Shown here one piece after another: positions 11,591 to 22,058 of a stretch of 64,000 bases of DNA (positions within the stretch are counted from its first letter, which is position 1; every line of letters begins with the position of its first letter). Location: positions 4,151,607-4,215,606 of the forward strand of contig NC_000964.3 in assembly GCF_000009045.1 (NCBI RefSeq). Direction: 5' to 3'. The DNA comes from Bacillus subtilis subsp. subtilis str. 168. Its GTDB lineage: Bacteria > Bacillota > Bacilli > Bacillales > Bacillaceae. A program made the translations under genes and the position numbers. Below the pieces are notes generated by a model. It ran no database searches, had not been told where the DNA came from, and was given only the letters and a program-made list of their open reading frames with translations.

Positions 11591-12040
11591 TTAAGCTTCT
11601 TCTTTTACATGTACCTTTAACACAGCCTGCACTTCAGGATGCAGCTTCACAGGCACGTTTGTATATCCTAATGCACGAATGCCGTCCGGCAGTTCAAGCT
11701 TCCGCTTATCTACTTTAATGTTATGGTCTTTTTGGAGCTGTTCAGTGATTTGCTTGCTTGTCACTGAACCAAATAAACGGCCGCCCTCACCTGATTTTGC
11801 GCTAAGCTCAACAGTCAGTTTTTCTAATGTCTCTTTCAAGCTCTTAGCCTGCTCAAGCTCAGCAATGGCTTCTTTTTTCTCTTTCTGCTTTTGTCCGTTT
11901 AACGCGCTGATGTTTGACGCGTTCGCTTCAACCGCGAGGCCTTTTTTAATTAGAAAGTTATGCGCATAACCGTCTGCTACGTTTTTGACTTCGCCTTTTT
12001 TTCCTTTTCCTTTTACATCTTGTAAGAAAATAACCTTCAT
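11591..12040 (-). CDS. rplI: 50S ribosomal protein L9
   Basis: [31 protein letters not shown]. Confidence 0.99.
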   Translation of the reverse strand: MKVIFLQDVKGKGKKGEVKNVADGYAHNFLIKKGLAVEANASNISALNGQKQKEKKEAIAELEQAKSLKETLEKLTVELSAKSGEGGRLFGSVTSKQITEQLQKDHNIKVDKRKLELPDGIRALGYTNVPVKLHPEVQAVLKVHVKEEA

Positions 12041-14016
12041 CTCTGTACGCCTCCCTCAAAATACTCATCTATGGCGTGCTTCAGCCGTTCCAGCGCTTCA
12101 GAAACTGAAATGCCGGACAACTGAGTCGCCGCATTTGTTAAATGCCCTCCGCCTTCCAGGGCCTCCATGATGATCTGAACATTTACCTCGCCAAGCGACC
12201 GAGCACTGATACAAACCGTTTGTTCATCCCGTCTCGCCACCGCAAATGAAGCCTCAACCTCACTCATCGATAGCAGCGAATCGGCAGCCTGCGCAATCAG
12301 CACTTGATCGAAGTATTCCTCTTCATTTTCAGGAAGAGAAGCAATCGCAATGTTATCTTTATAGAGGACCGTATGCTGGATCAGCTTCGCCCGTTTAATA
12401 TAGGAATCAACGGTTTCTTTCAGAAACTTCTGCACCAGCACCGTGTCGGCGCCTTTTGCCCTTAAATAAGAAGCCGCATCGAAAGTCCGCGAGCCCGTGC
12501 GGAGAGAAAAGCTCTTTGTATCCACTATTATACCAGCTAATAGGGCTGTTGCTTCAATCATATTGATTTTTAAGCGCTTCGGCTGATATTCAAGCAGCTC
12601 TGTCACCAATTCCGCTGTGGAAGAAGCGTATGGTTCCATATAAACGAGCAGCGGATCTCTGATAAACTCCTCACCTCTTCGGTGATGGTCGATGACCACG
12701 ATATGTTCAATTTTATTGACCAGCCGTTCCTCCATGACGAGTGACGGCTTATGTGTATCAACGATCACAAGCAGTGTGTCATCATTGGAAATCTCCATTG
12801 CTTCTTCAGGCGTAATAAATCTTGACCACAGTTCTTCATATTTTTTGATTTCCCCAATCAAACGCTGCACACTTGATCCGATTTGGTTTGGGTCAATCAC
12901 GATAAAACCATCTTTGTTATTTGCCTGAGCCACCTTTAAAATCCCGATCGCTGCGCCGATAGAATCCATGTCGGGGAATTTATGCCCCATGATAATCACA
13001 TTGCTGCTTTCGGTGACGATTTCCTTTAAGGCGTGAGAAATCACGCGGGCCCGCACCCTTGTTCGTTTCTCCATTGGGTTTGTTTTACCGCCGTAAAACT
13101 TCACCTTGCCGTTTGGCAGCTTAATGGCTACCTGGTCTCCGCCGCGTCCCAGTGCTAAGTCCAAGCTGGATTGCGCCAAATCGCCAAGTTCTTTCAGGGA
13201 AGAGACTGAAGCCCCGACACCGACGCTTAACGTCAGCGCTACACCGTCAAACGAGGTTTTTTCCCGCACTTCATCAAGAATCGAAAACTTCGAATTTTCG
13301 AGTTCAGTTAAGATATGTTCATTAAGTACAGCAATAAAGCGTTCTGAAGACGTCCTTTTCAAGAAGATCCCGTACTCCTGCGCCCAAGCGTTCAGCAAAG
13401 ATGTCACCTGGCTGTTCATCGTGCTTCTCGTCTGGTCATCCAATCCTTGTGTCACATCATCATAGTTATCAAGGAAAATATATGCCAGGACGGTTCTTTC
13501 GTTTTCATATAGCTTTTCAATCTGGATTTGTTCTGTTACATCAAAGAAATATAAGAGACGCTCATCCCGTTTGATGACAACCCTAAACTTGCGGTCATTC
13601 AATGTAACCGTTTCCGATTCCACCTCTTGTTTGATAAGCGGCACTACCGATTCACAAGTATCGTAAAGTGATCTCCCCACTAAAGTGCTTTCATTAAAAC
13701 AAGAGGAAAGAAACGGATTTGCCCATTCTATATAATATTGGTCATTAAAAAGCATGATTCCAATCGGCATTTCCATCAATGCCTCTTCACCGACTTTTTT
13801 CAACCTGTAGGACAACGTAGAAATATAAGCATCAATCTCTTGTCGAATAAGAGAATCAGCACGCTTAATAAAAAACAAAATAACTGCCAGCAGCAGCACT
13901 TCGACGGTTCCTAATATCCAGTTAAAATAAAAGCTGATGAGGATTGTAATAATTGACAGAGCAATCAATGCATAGATGGGATACCGAAACAGCGGTTTTT
14001 CATAAAAGCTTGGCAT
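12037..14016 (-). CDS. gdpP: c-di-AMP phosphodiesterase GdpP
   Basis: 2 TM, PAS, degenerate GGDEF (GGDQV), DHH (VVIDHHRR), DHHA1 (GGGHLTNAA). Confidence 0.97.
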   Translation of the reverse strand: MPSFYEKPLFRYPIYALIALSIITILISFYFNWILGTVEVLLLAVILFFIKRADSLIRQEIDAYISTLSYRLKKVGEEALMEMPIGIMLFNDQYYIEWANPFLSSCFNESTLVGRSLYDTCESVVPLIKQEVESETVTLNDRKFRVVIKRDERLLYFFDVTEQIQIEKLYENERTVLAYIFLDNYDDVTQGLDDQTRSTMNSQVTSLLNAWAQEYGIFLKRTSSERFIAVLNEHILTELENSKFSILDEVREKTSFDGVALTLSVGVGASVSSLKELGDLAQSSLDLALGRGGDQVAIKLPNGKVKFYGGKTNPMEKRTRVRARVISHALKEIVTESSNVIIMGHKFPDMDSIGAAIGILKVAQANNKDGFIVIDPNQIGSSVQRLIGEIKKYEELWSRFITPEEAMEISNDDTLLVIVDTHKPSLVMEERLVNKIEHIVVIDHHRRGEEFIRDPLLVYMEPYASSTAELVTELLEYQPKRLKINMIEATALLAGIIVDTKSFSLRTGSRTFDAASYLRAKGADTVLVQKFLKETVDSYIKRAKLIQHTVLYKDNIAIASLPENEEEYFDQVLIAQAADSLLSMSEVEASFAVARRDEQTVCISARSLGEVNVQIIMEALEGGGHLTNAATQLSGISVSEALERLKHAIDEYFEGGVQR

Positions 14017-14052
14017 TTCTATCACTCCCCACCATGTGAGTAAAACTCATGT

Positions 14053-14982
14053 TCACTTCACCTTATTCCTTATATGAAAGCCCATATCTAAAACGCCTAA
14101 AATGCGAATGGCCGCCATGAAGACCGGATGCACAAACCCAAGTATGACAGCAATCACAGCCGCAGCCTTTGGATATTGTTTCTTATGGCAATAGAAAAAG
14201 ATAAATGATAAACCTTGGATGAAAATCAGAAACCCGAGTATAAACTCCCCATTTAAAGCGATAGAGTACAGCATTTGGCCTTTTTCTAAAGGCAAAAATG
14301 AAAGCATGACAATAATCAAATACAGTACTACAACACTTTGCGGAAACTTCAACTCTCTAAAAGGCTTTAGATTAGGAATATCGGGGGAGAATCGCCTTAA
14401 GAGCGGCTTAGCGATAAGGTAACTGAGGAAAGAAAAAATAACTCCTACCATCACAATAGCTGTTGGAAAAAGATATTGAACGATACCCAATTGTTCTTCC
14501 ATCAGTTTTAATTGCTTCTCAAACTGCCCAGCATTGCCCGACTGCTTCGCTACAGTTTCTACAATATCAAGAGATTGCCGGTATTGTGTCATTGCCTCAT
14601 CAATGATATTGATACCCAAAAACTGAATGCTTATCACAAAATAGAAGACAATACTAAGCATATAAATAAGAGCGCCCGAAATAATGGCGTGCCCGGGCTC
14701 TTTCCTTTTGAAAAAATGTCCCATGGCAATGCCGGCGCAAGCTGACATAAAAGCTACAATAAGCCCGTTAAAGGACCCGACAATAAAAACAACCGGAAGA
14801 CTGACAGCGCCCATCCATATCCCTAGCTTCAATCCATGTCTGATCGTATACAAGATCATTGGCAGCGGCAGTGCAAATAACAGAATTGTTCCAATCACAG
14901 GAACATAAACGACCAGAAGCGTAATGATCGCAAACAGACTGATTAAAATAGCACCTTCCATTAAAGCTCTCGTTTGTTTCAC
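14053..14982 (-). CDS. yybS: YybS membrane protein (DUF2232)
   Basis: 309 aa, very hydrophobic, directly upstream of gdpP. Confidence 0.85.
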   Translation of the reverse strand: MKQTRALMEGAILISLFAIITLLVVYVPVIGTILLFALPLPMILYTIRHGLKLGIWMGAVSLPVVFIVGSFNGLIVAFMSACAGIAMGHFFKRKEPGHAIISGALIYMLSIVFYFVISIQFLGINIIDEAMTQYRQSLDIVETVAKQSGNAGQFEKQLKLMEEQLGIVQYLFPTAIVMVGVIFSFLSYLIAKPLLRRFSPDIPNLKPFRELKFPQSVVVLYLIIVMLSFLPLEKGQMLYSIALNGEFILGFLIFIQGLSFIFFYCHKKQYPKAAAVIAVILGFVHPVFMAAIRILGVLDMGFHIRNKVK

Positions 14983-15149
14983 TTAGTCACCTCGTATCAT
15001 CCTGAACATACGAATAGAAAAGAGCAGCATAAACGACTGCTCTTTTGTTCATCGCTGCAACATGCTTTGCACCGAATGTTTTTATATCATCTCTAAATTT
15101 TACTTTTATATTTTAACATAAGTCCAAATCGCAAGTAAAATGACGCTAA

Positions 15150-15165
15150 TGTTTCATGTGAAACA
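15150..15165. promoter_or_regulatory. parS site, intergenic yybS-cotF
   Basis: tgtttcatgtgaaaca, one mismatch to consensus. Confidence 0.85.
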
Positions 15166-15208
15166 TGAAAAAGGAAAAGACATTCTTTGAAAAGAATGCC
15201 CATCACAA

Positions 15209-15358
15209 TTAATGTTTATCATCCATAAAGCCAGAAGATTCCTTGTTTTTCTTTTTCGTTTTTCTGACATACATAAAAATTAAGATCACCAGTAAAAGGG
15301 TTGTTGCTTGCAGAACGCCGCTGCTAAACAAGAAAAAGTTCTTTATCATGTCCCACAT
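15209..15358 (-). CDS. yyzH: 49-aa single-TM protein (not in ORF track)
   Basis: gaggtg RBS, ATG; MWDMIKNFFLFSSGVLQATTLLLVILIFMYVRKTKKKNKESSGFMDDKH*. Confidence 0.7.
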   Translation of the reverse strand: MWDMIKNFFLFSSGVLQATTLLLVILIFMYVRKTKKKNKESSGFMDDKH

Positions 15359-15439
15359 TGTGTTTCACCTCTTTGTGCATGTTCTCAACCCGTATCCTAT
15401 ATAAGGTGAATTTCCCTTTTTAAAAACTTCAAAACATCA

Positions 15440-15470
15440 TGAACAACATTGAGCGTTGGGCATATGCTGA
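15440..15470 (+). promoter_or_regulatory. Possible sigma-K promoter of cotF
   Basis: aaca...catatgct resembles the sigma-K -35 AC / -10 CATA---T pattern upstream of a coat gene. Confidence 0.45.
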
Positions 15471-15503
15471 TATGGAATCTGATCGATAAAGGAGAATTTT
15501 CAC

Positions 15504-15986
15504 ATGGATGAACGCAGAACATTGGCTTGGCATGAAACATTAGAAATGCACGAGCTGGTTGCTTTTCAATCAAACGGACTCATTAAACTGAAGAAAATGA
15601 TAAGAGAAGTAAAAGACCCTCAGCTCAGACAGCTTTATAACGTGTCTATTCAGGGTGTTGAGCAAAATTTGAGAGAGCTTCTTCCGTTCTTTCCACAGGC
15701 TCCGCACAGAGAGGATGAGGAAGAAGAACGCGCAGATAACCCATTTTACAGCGGTGACCTGCTCGGTTTTGCCAAAACATCTGTCCGCAGCTATGCCATC
15801 GCAATTACAGAAACAGCAACACCTCAATTAAGAAACGTACTGGTCAAACAGCTGAATGCTGCCATCCAGCTGCACGCCCAAGTTTATCGATACATGTATC
15901 AGCATGGATATTATCCGTCTTACAACCTTTCTGAACTGTTGAAAAACGATGTCAGAAACGCCAACAGAGCCATTTCAATGAAATAA
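15504..15986 (+). CDS. cotF: Spore coat protein F
   Basis: 160 aa; two Coat_F repeats ([11 protein letters not shown]; [11 protein letters not shown]). Confidence 0.93.
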
Positions 15987-16015
15987 AACAAGCAGCAAAG
16001 GAGTTCCCTTTGCTG

Positions 16016-16393
16016 CTATTTCTGCTGATCCTTCACTAAGCCGTTCGAACGATAAGATTCCAGCACGTCTCTGTTGGATTCTCCCCATTCTTTCATTTGC
16101 AAAACAATCGGTTCAAGCGTGCGCCCAAATTCCGTCAGAGAGTACTCTACCTTGGGCGGCACCTGGTGATAAACCTCACGGTGCACGATGCCGTCCGCTT
16201 CCAGCTCCCTCAGCTGGAGAGTAAGCATTCTTTGAGTAATACTCGGGCAGATTCGCCGAAACTCATTAAATCGTTTCTTGCCATCTATCATGTGATAAAA
16301 AAGAATTCCTTTCCACTTTCCGCCAATGACATCTAGAGTGAATTCAACTGGACAGCCTTCTTTGTTCGGGTATATATTCTTTTTTTCACTCAT
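16016..16393 (-). CDS. hypR: HxlR/MarR-DUF24 redox-sensing regulator HypR
   Basis: GCPVEFTLDVIGGKWK, ITQRMLTLQLRELE, VPPKVEYSLT. Confidence 0.9.
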   Translation of the reverse strand: MSEKKNIYPNKEGCPVEFTLDVIGGKWKGILFYHMIDGKKRFNEFRRICPSITQRMLTLQLRELEADGIVHREVYHQVPPKVEYSLTEFGRTLEPIVLQMKEWGESNRDVLESYRSNGLVKDQQK

Positions 16394-16597
16394 TCTTGAC
16401 CCTCCAATAGTACCTTTTTTGATACTACATTACATTTTGCAACTAATCTACCCAGTATTTTACACACCTTTTCTCCTTAGCTCAAAGAAAATGCTTCTTA
16501 TTCACATCAATTTTTAAGGGTTTGCATGATTACACCTGCAGCAAGACGTGTTAAACTATATAAAGATTACACTACTTAAAAAAGGATAGGAGCTATC

Positions 16598-17527
16598 ATG
16601 GAAAAGATACTTATTTTCGGACACCAAAACCCAGATACAGATACGATTTGTTCTGCGATTGCTTATGCTGATTTGAAAAACAAACTCGGCTTCAATGCTG
16701 AGCCTGTCCGCCTCGGACAAGTCAACGGCGAAACACAATACGCGCTTGACTATTTCAAACAAGAAAGCCCGCGTCTTGTTGAAACAGCTGCAAACGAAGT
16801 AAACGGCGTTATCCTGGTTGACCATAACGAACGCCAGCAAAGCATCAAAGACATTGAAGAGGTTCAGGTTTTAGAGGTTATCGACCATCACCGCATCGCT
16901 AACTTTGAAACAGCTGAGCCGCTTTACTATCGTGCTGAGCCTGTAGGCTGTACGGCTACCATCTTAAACAAAATGTACAAAGAGAATAACGTGAAAATCG
17001 AGAAAGAAATTGCCGGCCTTATGCTGTCTGCGATCATTTCTGATTCCCTGTTATTTAAATCTCCAACTTGCACGGACCAAGACGTAGCAGCAGCAAAAGA
17101 GCTTGCGGAGATCGCTGGAGTAGATGCTGAAGAATACGGCTTGAACATGTTGAAAGCAGGCGCTGATCTAAGCAAAAAAACAGTGGAAGAGCTCATTTCT
17201 CTTGATGCGAAAGAATTTACACTCGGCAGCAAGAAAGTCGAAATCGCACAAGTAAACACAGTGGACATTGAAGATGTAAAAAAACGCCAAGCTGAATTAG
17301 AAGCTGTGATCTCAAAAGTTGTGGCTGAGAAGAATCTTGATCTGTTCCTTCTCGTTATCACAGATATCTTAGAAAATGATTCACTTGCTCTTGCAATCGG
17401 TAACGAAGCAGCGAAAGTGGAAAAAGCGTTCAACGTTACATTAGAAAACAACACAGCCCTCTTAAAAGGCGTTGTTTCCCGTAAAAAACAAGTCGTTCCT
17501 GTCTTAACAGACGCAATGGCTGAATAA
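16598..17527 (+). CDS. ppaC: Mn-dependent inorganic pyrophosphatase (family II)
   Basis: [27 protein letters not shown] motifs. Confidence 0.98.
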
Positions 17528-17529
17528 GC

Positions 17530-17558
17530 AAAAAGCATCCCGCGTCGGGATGCTTTTT
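17530..17558. terminator. Bidirectional terminator ppaC/yybP
   Basis: aaaaagcatccc-gcgtc-gggatgcttttt. Confidence 0.85.
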
Positions 17559-17559
17559 C

Positions 17560-18021
17560 TTATTCACCCAGCTTCTCAATTTGTCCCATCACATCAGTAA
17601 TTTGCTTTGCGTTTTGGACCAGGTCTGACTGCTCCAATTCTTTAAGCGATACCTTGCCTTCCTCGGCTTGTTTCAACACATCTTCAGCGCTTTTCTGCAA
17701 GGTTTCGTTATGCTCCTGAATGGTTCGATGAATCTCCGCTGCGGCATCAGGCGGCGTTAATTCATTAAAATCAGCGGCAGCCTTCTGAATCGACTCAAGC
17801 TGCGCTTCAAGTTTTTCTTTCGCCTCGGTGTCATTTACAGCTTTCTCAGCCAATTCAGGCGCTTCCTCTGCAAATGTCTTCACCTTCTCCACATAACCAG
17901 CTGCTTCACTCGTATAGTTCAATCCGTCGTTCACCTGATCAAGCATGCCGCATCCGCCTGCACTCAAAAGTCCCACTCCGGCAAGTACTGTCAAAATGAT
18001 CTTCATCTTCAGCCCCCTCAT
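17560..18021 (-). CDS. yybP: Lipoprotein YybP (start 18021 or 18006)
   Basis: Signal peptide with lipobox-like LSAGGC; ATGA overlap with the upstream 36-aa ORF. Confidence 0.85.
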   Translation of the reverse strand: MRGLKMKIILTVLAGVGLLSAGGCGMLDQVNDGLNYTSEAAGYVEKVKTFAEEAPELAEKAVNDTEAKEKLEAQLESIQKAAADFNELTPPDAAAEIHRTIQEHNETLQKSAEDVLKQAEEGKVSLKELEQSDLVQNAKQITDVMGQIEKLGE

Positions 18022-18128
18022 CGTTTCTTTTTCATTTTTTCTTTTAAGATCGGAATCAATTTCTCTTTCGCTAACGGCAGCCCTTTCCTCACCAATTCAC
18101 GCTTCAGCCACTTTTTCAGCTTAGACAT
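18018..18128 (-). CDS. 36-aa highly basic peptide downstream of the Mn riboswitch
   Basis: RBS gggagaggag then ATG 18128: MSKLKKWLKRELVRKGLPLAKEKLIPILKEKMKKKR*; the 115-aa ORF-track extension runs through the riboswitch and is spurious. Confidence 0.65.
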   Translation of the reverse strand: MSKLKKWLKRELVRKGLPLAKEKLIPILKEKMKKKR

Positions 18129-18160
18129 TCTGATGCTCCTCTCCCTTTTTGATAAAAATG

Positions 18161-18187
18161 AAAAAACTCCACCAATTTGGTGAAGTT
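18161..18187 (-). terminator. Riboswitch expression-platform terminator
   Basis: cttcacca-aat-tggtggag plus U-run on the minus strand; upstream atttggtgaag (18203-18213) can pair with the 5' arm as antiterminator. Confidence 0.8.
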
Positions 18188-18219
18188 CCTGAAACAAAAA
18201 GACCTTCACCAAATCAGAT

Positions 18220-18314
18220 TTGGCAAAGGTCTCGCTAACAATGAGATTGCCAGCAAAGCCGAGGACACCTTGTCCCGTAATGACGACTTTACTGTGAAAG
18301 CTACTCCCCTTTGG
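18220..18314 (-). ncRNA. yybP-ykoY (Mn2+-sensing) riboswitch aptamer
   Basis: Minus strand reads CCAAAGGGGAGTAGC...GTCGTCATTACG...GTTAGCGAGACCTTTGCC, the yybP-ykoY motif, upstream of yybP. Confidence 0.88.
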
Positions 18315-18438
18315 AGTGTTCATTTTTATTACTTTCATTCTAAAGCACCGATCTGTTCCAGTCAAATTCCTGCCGTTTATATAAAAGCGCGCTGTGGTAT
18401 TTAAAATTTGAATGGTTTTTCTATCAGGAGATCATGCT

Positions 18439-19746
18439 ATGACAGAGGAGGTTTTCATCATGAGTCAAGAGCGCGTGAAACGGCCTGGGCATACCAGATG
18501 GTACATATCTTCGTTACTTAGCGGCATTATTATTCTTAATTATTTTGACCGAGTGGCCATCTCGGTAGCGGCCCCTGCGATACAAGATTCGTTTCACCTT
18601 ACTGCAACTGAACTCGGCATCGTGTTTTCCATTTACACCTATTCCTATACACTGATGCAGCTGCCTGTCGGAAGTTTGCTGGACCGTTTTGGGGTCGCAT
18701 GGGTCACGAGGGTTGGAATGACAATATGGAGCTTTTTAACGATCCTTCTTGCTTTTTTGCAAGGAAAATTGCTGTTGTATCTGTTCCGGTTTCTCATTGG
18801 GCTGACGAGCGCCTCTGCGTTCCCTGCTGCCTCTAAAGCAACCGCTCTCTGGTTTCCTCCAAGTGAGCGGGGATTGGCAAACTCACTGTTCGATTCGGCC
18901 GCCAAGTTTTCAAATGTAATCGGCGCGCCATTGGTCGCCTTTCTTGTCACAACATTTGACTGGCGTGTCGCTTTTTTGACGATTGGATGCATCAATGTGC
19001 TGTTTACGATCTTTTTCTGGCAGTATTATGAACAGCCTGAACGGCACAAACGCATTTCTAAAAGTGAACTAAACTATATTCAAAAACACAATGCCATTAC
19101 AACAGAGCAAATCCCTTACAAAACGGGCCCGCTTTTAAAAAAGCTTTTCACCAATCGAAAAGTATGGGGCTTAATGATCGGATTTACAGGGTACGGGTAT
19201 ACATTCAACCTGCTGCTCACCTGGCTTCCGACTTTCTTTAAACATACATACGGTATGGATCTCATGTCGTCCGGTTTATTTACGGCAGTGCCGTGGCTGA
19301 TCTCAACCATTTCCGGAATTGCCGTCGGCGGCTGGCTCGTCGATTATTTTATTAAGAAAGGCTATCCTAATACCAAGGTGTACCGAACCGTAATCATAGT
19401 CGGAATGAGCTTTGGCTTTTTCTTTTTAGGATCCATTCTGACGAACAATATTACCGTAGCCATTATTTGCATTTCCATCGGACTCGCCGGAATTTCCGCA
19501 ACCGCTCCGGTCGGCTGGTCCATCTCCGCAGAACTCGCGCCGATCGGTTCCGTATCCATGCTGAGCTCCATGGTGAATCTCGCAAACAACCTGTTCGGAG
19601 GCATTATTGCTGCGTCACTGACAGGGTATTTGTTTGATGTGACAGGCTCCTTTACCCTCAGCTTTCTGGTAGCTGGTTTTGTGCTGTTGCTGGGATTGGT
19701 TTTTTATGTGTTTGTATTAGGGGATGTAAAACGAATTAAACTATAG
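18439..19746 (+). CDS. yybO: MFS transporter, anion:cation symporter (ACS) family
   Basis: INYFDRVAISVA motif, WFPPSERGLA, ~12 TM; 435 aa from ATG 18439. Confidence 0.9.
   Translation: MTEEVFIMSQERVKRPGHTRWYISSLLSGIIILNYFDRVAISVAAPAIQDSFHLTATELGIVFSIYTYSYTLMQLPVGSLLDRFGVAWVTRVGMTIWSFLTILLAFLQGKLLLYLFRFLIGLTSASAFPAASKATALWFPPSERGLANSLFDSAAKFSNVIGAPLVAFLVTTFDWRVAFLTIGCINVLFTIFFWQYYEQPERHKRISKSELNYIQKHNAITTEQIPYKTGPLLKKLFTNRKVWGLMIGFTGYGYTFNLLLTWLPTFFKHTYGMDLMSSGLFTAVPWLISTISGIAVGGWLVDYFIKKGYPNTKVYRTVIIVGMSFGFFFLGSILTNNITVAIICISIGLAGISATAPVGWSISAELAPIGSVSMLSSMVNLANNLFGGIIAASLTGYLFDVTGSFTLSFLVAGFVLLLGLVFYVFVLGDVKRIKL
19514..19740 (+). repeat. yybO 3'-end repeat, copy 1 (within the intact gene)
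   Basis: Aligns to 20248-20475 and, for its last ~170 nt, to 25076-25240. Confidence 0.95.
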
Positions 19747-19789
19747 AACATGAAAAAGAGAGCTGCCAGTTGGCAGCTCTCCCTTTACA

Positions 19790-20029
19790 TCAAAGAATCG
19801 GCCCGTCCCCATTTACCTTCTCCTCGTCCTGTTCCTCTATATCAAGCCCCGAAGCTAGCATTTCCTGCTCTATCTGTTCGAGCACCTGCTCGTTTTTTCC
19901 TTGAAGACCACCTTCATAATGAAAAGCATCCTGTGTGCCGTTTTCCTCTATTGTCGCTAAAATATCGTGGATATCATTATGGTCTCCTGAAATGGAGCCG
20001 AATCCCTGGTTTTGTTTTTTATAATTCAC
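19790..20029 (-). pseudogene. Acidic ORF, probably the 3' remnant of a gene truncated at the 20073 junction
   Basis: Frame is open back to 20086 with no good RBS/start; [35 protein letters not shown] then an Asp/Glu-rich tail. Confidence 0.45.
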
Positions 20030-20073
20030 AAAACCGCTGGGGAGGTTGTTTCCGAGGTTTACACATGATGCGC

Positions 20074-20201
20074 TCCGAGTAGTAATTCATCAGTGTATCA
20101 AAATCTTCATTTTGGATTGCCACATCACATGCAGAGATGATGTCTTTCAATTGCTGTTCCAAATGAATTCCCCTAATCATCATGATTGGATATATTATAC
20201 A
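20074..20201 (-). pseudogene. Duplicate of the yybH upstream region and first 30 codons
   Basis: 128 bp colinear with 26451-26578; reads [30 protein letters not shown] then diverges and stops at 20019. Confidence 0.92.
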
Positions 20202-20247
20202 ATGTTTGACACGTAGGGATCCTTTTCATTTTTGTTTTTACGGTTTC

Positions 20248-20495
20248 GCTGGTCCATTTCCGCAGAGCTGGCGCCGATCGGTTCCGTATCCATGCTGAGC
20301 TCCATGGTAAATCTGGCAAACAACCTGTTCGAAGGCATTATTGCGGCTTCATTGACGGGGTATTTTGTTTGATGTGACAAGGCTCCTTTACGCTCAGCTT
20401 TCTGGTAGCCAGTTTTGTTCTGCTGCTTGGATTGGTTTTTTACGTGTTTGTCTTAGGGGATGTAAAACGAATTAAGCGGGAATAAAGAGTGCTTG
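20248..20495 (+). pseudogene. yybO 3'-end repeat, copy 2 (two 1-nt insertions)
   Basis: WSISAELAPIGSVSMLSSMVNLANNLF...GDVKRIKRE*; tail ggaataaagagtgcttg shared with copy 3. Confidence 0.95.
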
Positions 20496-21175
20496 TAGAG
20501 AAAACGTTGTTCTTTCTACAAGCTTTTTAGTTTTGTGCTGTTTTTCAAGATATTCAGCTGTCATAAAAAGAAAATGAGCTCCCACATACCGGCTAGGTAT
20601 GTGGCGTTCTTCTTCATGTTCTGGCATGCAGCTGTGAGGAGGATTTGTTTGCTCACCCCCTGAACCTGCGATAGCTAAGCCCGTGCAGTTGTTTTGAACC
20701 TACAAAGCTTCGTTCTATTTTTTCTTTTCTTTTTTTAGAGATTTCCTGAAATAGAAAAGCAATCTTTTCTAACCTTTTCTTTATGGTTTTGCCATACATA
20801 CCGAGTAACGACTTTCTGGCGTTTCGTTGATTTTGTGTAATATTCTCAAACATATTTCAGGATTTGATTTATATGACCGATAGTCTTTGCGATCAATTGT
20901 TGAGTACGTAAGTGTATGCTGATTCAACAAATGTATCTGTATTGTTCACTTTATAATGAAATTTCCATTTTGGAAGCAAACCCCTGACTGGGTGATAACG
21001 TCTATGTGCGATGGCACCAAAAACTTGGAGGTCAAATAGTCCTTTAGAGATGAGAGTTGTTAAGTAGCCGGAATCTAGAGCGACGGCTTCTACTTGAAAA
21101 TCAAATCATGCAATTTAGTGATCCAATCGGTCAAGGTAGGGCTTGGAACAGAATCATGGACTTTTCTGGAGTTGC
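20491..21175 (-). mobile_element. Degenerate IS1182-family transposase remnant
   Basis: Across frameshifts and stops the minus strand reads VHDSVP, FQVEAVALDSGYLTT, AHRRYHP.RGLLPKWKF, IERSF..SKQLHGL.Y.RFRG, ILLTAACQNMKK; end hairpin gcttgtagagaaaacgttgttctttctacaagc at 20491-20523. Confidence 0.85.
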
Positions 21176-21507
21176 AAACTATTAATCGTCCTCATTAAAT
21201 TTATAATAAAAATATTCTCAATTGAGCAAATCGCCCACCCTTTTTCCTTTATAACATAAAATCCAATACTATCAATAAAATTCTTTACAGGTTATTACAG
21301 TTAAGATATAATATAGTTAATCTTTTACGTAAAAGGAGGTTTTTATTACTTGTGTTGAAGTTTTAAATAGGAGTAACTCCATCTCCCCATTACGGTCTTC
21401 ATTTAATTTCATCCTGAGTTTTATTTAGTTAGATATAAAAACGAAAATTTCACATTATTTTTAACTAACCGATAGTATAAAATATATATTGAAAGGATTG
21501 TAAAATT

Positions 21508-21945
21508 ATGAATAAATTCCTGAAGAGCAATTTCCGTTTCCTTCTTGCGGCTGCTTTAGGCATATCATTACTTGCTAGTAGTAATTTTATAAAAGCCAGC
21601 AATGATAACTATAAATTCCATTTACTTGTACCTTATGGCTATGGTAATGCCTATTCAAATGATGCATTTAGACAGACCACTCATACAGATAATCCTTGGA
21701 AAGTAAATTTACAGAAATCGGCAGAAGGTAAAGGTACAATCATGACATTTTGGTTGATTAACACAGGGAATAGTAAAATTCCAAAAGCTTCTAAAATACA
21801 TAACGTAAAACAAGGAAGCGGAGCTCATTATTATCATGCAAATAGCCAGGGAAGCCATACATATGTAGCCTTAGCAGTTGAAAACAACAATTACAGTGCA
21901 AGTTCTTATGGTATAGATGGTGTATGGGATGAAGAAACTTGGTAA
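21508..21945 (+). CDS. yybN: Secreted protein YybN (DUF2712-like)
   Basis: 145 aa; Sec-type signal ([25 protein letters not shown]...IKA); gaaagga RBS; AT-rich. Confidence 0.85.
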
Positions 21946-22058
21946 ACAAGAACCTTCTAAAAACGTTGGCACCTTTTAGCCACGCGAAAAAATTTAGAAT
22001 GATAATCTTTTTATAAGATTATCATTTTTATTTATTCTATTAAGAATTGAGTGAGAAC

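Noticed and set aside
20653-20853. 66-aa minus-strand ORF as an independent gene
   Set aside because: It is one frame of the shattered IS1182 transposase.
21333-21375. Strong SD (aaggaggt) upstream of yybN
   Set aside because: It is followed only by 2-4-codon frames, so no supportable ORF; at most a decayed gene start.
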